64,000 nucleotides of DNA from Sphaerodactylus townsendi (lineage: Eukaryota): contig NC_059430.1 in the NCBI RefSeq assembly GCF_021028975.2, positions 78,430,001 to 78,494,000 on the forward strand. The letters run 5' to 3'. The position numbers were made by a program, and so were the translations under genes. The notes beneath the pieces are model-generated. The model was not told where the DNA came from and made no database searches. It was given only the letters and a program-made list of their open reading frames with translations. The number at the start of each line of letters is the position of its first letter. The stretch's first letter is position 1. Below, piece after piece: positions 61,178 to 64,000 of the stretch.

Positions 61178-63199
61178 GGCAGTGCTATGGAGAAGGAATT
61201 ATACCACAAGAAACCTCACTAATTTTATCTTGAAACATTAGCATGTTGTTAAATGTATATGTATGTTTAAAATTTTGGAAGTCTATGATTATAGCCAGTT
61301 GTAGAAATGGGAACCATTAGTCTGTGATGTCCCACTTGTTTTAAGTGCTAGCAAGGTAAAAAAAGAGTTGGAGCAAGTGTGCATACAATGCTCCTAAATG
61401 CACGAGCACACATAAAATTGCTCTATACTGAGTTAGACCACTGACCACTATCAGGGTCAGCATTGTCCCTTCTGACTAGCATTTGACTCTCCAGGGTTTC
61501 AGAAAGAGGTCTGGCCCACCACCTACCAGGTCCTGCTAACTGGAGTTGCCAGAGATTGAAACTGGGATCTTTTGCATGCAAGGCAGATGCTCCATCACTG
61601 AATCATGGACCTTCCTCTTAAGACGAATGACTGAGATGCCATCCAAGGACAGCTCTTCTTACTTGTTTTTGTTTACTGTGACAAAATGTTAAGGCAAGGG
61701 AAGAAACATTGTTATAAGGTCATATTGCTCTCATGAAAAATTACAGCAAAAACAGGAATCTTTCATGTAACAATCAGGTCTTTCCTCTATGTAAAGAATG
61801 TAACTTCTCATAGATAATTAAAACTCTTACTCCAGTGTATTCACTTTAGCTGGTATTTGGGCTTTTTGGAAGTAGACTTGCAGAGAAAAATTTACATGGG
61901 AAGAATATGAAACCTGAACATTGCTTCACATCTCACACTGTTTGAAACTAATTTTTAACTTGCAACAGAAATTGGAGGCTGTACTGTAAAGTCAAAAGGA
62001 CTAGTTGCAAAACTTTTCTTACAGAAATATATTTTAAATCAAGCAAGGGAAAAATGAACCCATTGCGACCAAATGACTACATTTTTCTTTTGAAGATGTA
62101 TACTACCGTGAATACTATTGGCATACAAGCTTGTTGAGCTAAACCTTAGACCTTCAATGGGCCTTTCTCAATATAAAATGTGAAGCAGTTGGTTTCCTGT
62201 TATGGATTGATCCTAACAGAAGACACATTAACAGAGCTAAATTATGATCTAATTAACTTCTTCTAGCTTGTTTTTTACTTTTCATGCAACCACAGATGGA
62301 TTCATCTAAAAAAACAGCTGGATCAATAAAACATCTATGAATTGCTTAATAATTGAGGTGGGCTTCTAGTTTACCACTGTGCCATTCTAAGCAACTGTTT
62401 TCCCCAAGCCAGGAAACAAAGGAATACATGGAATGGCAGTTGCTAAACATTTTTCTTGTTTGTATCCAATTTCTGAAAGATGGTGGTTCGCCTTTTTTCT
62501 TTTTGAGCACCTAAAATGTACAGAGAAGTGTCTGCTGTAGCCCTTTAAAACTGAGCTATTAGAAGTAAGTTCTATCTTACTGCTGGGGTGGGGGTTTAGA
62601 GAAACCATTAGAAGCCACAGTGCTGTGGTAATCTGCAAAGTATAGACAAAAAAGTCCCTAGGAATTTGTACTGTTTATAGGATGTTATCAACATATTTTC
62701 TAGTACTGTTTTCTGTTCTTCTGGAAGGCTGATGATACATCAGTGGAGCCCTAAAGAAGTGCTGAAAGAATGTCCTATTGCAGGTTCTTTCTGAGCTAGG
62801 GATACATACGGGGGGAGGGGGGATCCAGATTTAAACTCTAGTACTGCTCTGGATTTTTTCAGTTCAGAAGAGTTAGAACTAGGAATGATAACGAGAATGC
62901 TTCTGACCGTGTTTACAGTGCCAACTTCACACTTGTAAGATTTCAGTACTCGCCTGCCAGCTGGGGTTTACAGGGAAACCGTGTATCCATTCCATCCGTT
63001 TTTCTTCTGCGCTACCATCACAATTTCTAAAAAAATTCCAGCCCAACTTCTCCTTATTCAAACTTTAACAGCAGTCTTACTGTCTTTTCTTCACTTCTGC
63101 GATGGCCCTGTTCAAATGTGGCACGTGCGACCTAGTGCTAAACTAGTATCCTTCTGAGCTTGTGCCATGCATATTCTATGGCATTAAAAGTTTATTTAG

Positions 63200-63900
63200 T
63201 TTATCGCCTACAGAAACGAAGCACAGCCCCATGAGCACTTATTCTCGCCTTCCGACCCTTACAAACTGATACTCTCGCCCCGCCCTCCTTCCTACGTCGC
63301 TTTCTTGTGACGTTAGAATCTTTGCGACTCACTGACGGAGTCCGCGTTTCCATCTCTGTGGCGATACCGAGGGCAGCGAAGCGGGAGGTTTTTTTTGCCG
63401 GTTTCTCCGCTATGGCAGGTGGAGGAAGGAAGATGCGGAGGCCCGTCGGAGGAAAAAGAAGCGCTTTCCGCACGGAGCGCGGAGCCTGCTGGGTAGGAGC
63501 GGTTGTCATGGAAACGTGTTTCGTTGGTGAGTGTTGGAGGTGGCTAAACGAAAGTGGATGCCTCACAGCATATTTATTACGAGTTCATTTATAACAGCTC
63601 ATAAATATGCTGTGTGGAATCCACCCGAGAAGCCGTTTCCTTCCAACCCCCGTGCGGGGAGCCTCGTCGTGGCTTCTCGATGTTGCTGGACAGATCCTTG
63701 GCGTGAAAAATAAATGGGAAGCTTGTGGCCCCGTTTTTATTGTCCCGCAAACTTCCGTGGACAAGAATTGATGGTATCGCTCCCTCCCTCCATCCGAAGA
63801 GGTGTGCTCTGGTCCTCGGAAGCGTCTGCTGGAATAAGCATGTATTGGTCGTTAGGATATCTCAAGGGCCCCATTTAATTTTTCTGCAGCAAACCCACGC
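63200..63900 (+). promoter_or_regulatory. CpG-island promoter and non-coding first exon of the next gene (probably TUBGCP6 by synteny)
   Basis: CpG-rich; GC box GCCCCGCCC 63277-63285; CRE-like TGACGTTA from 63308; X-box-like GTTGTCATGGAAAC 63502-63515; donor TTG|GTGAGT at 63527. No coding sequence of that gene is visible here. Confidence 0.6.
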
Positions 63901-64000
63901 GGCCACTTCTCTTAAACTCTTATTAGTAGATTTCTTTTTTTTTTTTAAATGTAGCTTGTTTTCACGGGTTTCAGAAATGGGAAAAGGGGTAACCGAATAA

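Noticed and set aside
63201-63594. ORFs of 95-121 aa in the terminal CpG island
   Set aside because: No recognisable protein similarity; expected in GC-rich promoter DNA.

Overview
Vertebrate genomic DNA, almost certainly squamate; the SINE, CR1, Penelope and MITE content is gecko-like. There are two assembly gaps (22403-22806, 30470-30600). Three complete, frame-consistent multi-exon genes were reconstructed by hand, all on the + strand: (1) sizzled (szl), an sFRP-family Tolloid/BMP1 inhibitor, 4 coding exons, 282 aa; (2) a two-domain Ly6/uPAR protein of the phospholipase A2 inhibitor gamma/PINLYP type, 5 coding exons, 226 aa, with a C-terminal GPI-type tail; (3) HDAC10, 20 coding exons, 674 aa, probably with a terminal GC-AG intron. 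The window ends in a CpG-rich promoter with an RFX X-box-like motif, probably TUBGCP6 by mammalian synteny. Introns and intergenic DNA hold many mobile elements with resolvable TIRs and TSDs. The most notable signals are: Penelope-like retroelement termini carrying minimal hammerhead ribozymes, with an intact antisense copy and a core-mutated sense copy inside HDAC10; inversion junctions at the ribozyme edge; and a possible second, single-domain GPI-anchored three-finger isoform made by read-through of exon 3 of the PLI-gamma-like gene. Family assignments rest on recalled sequences and motifs; no searches were run.
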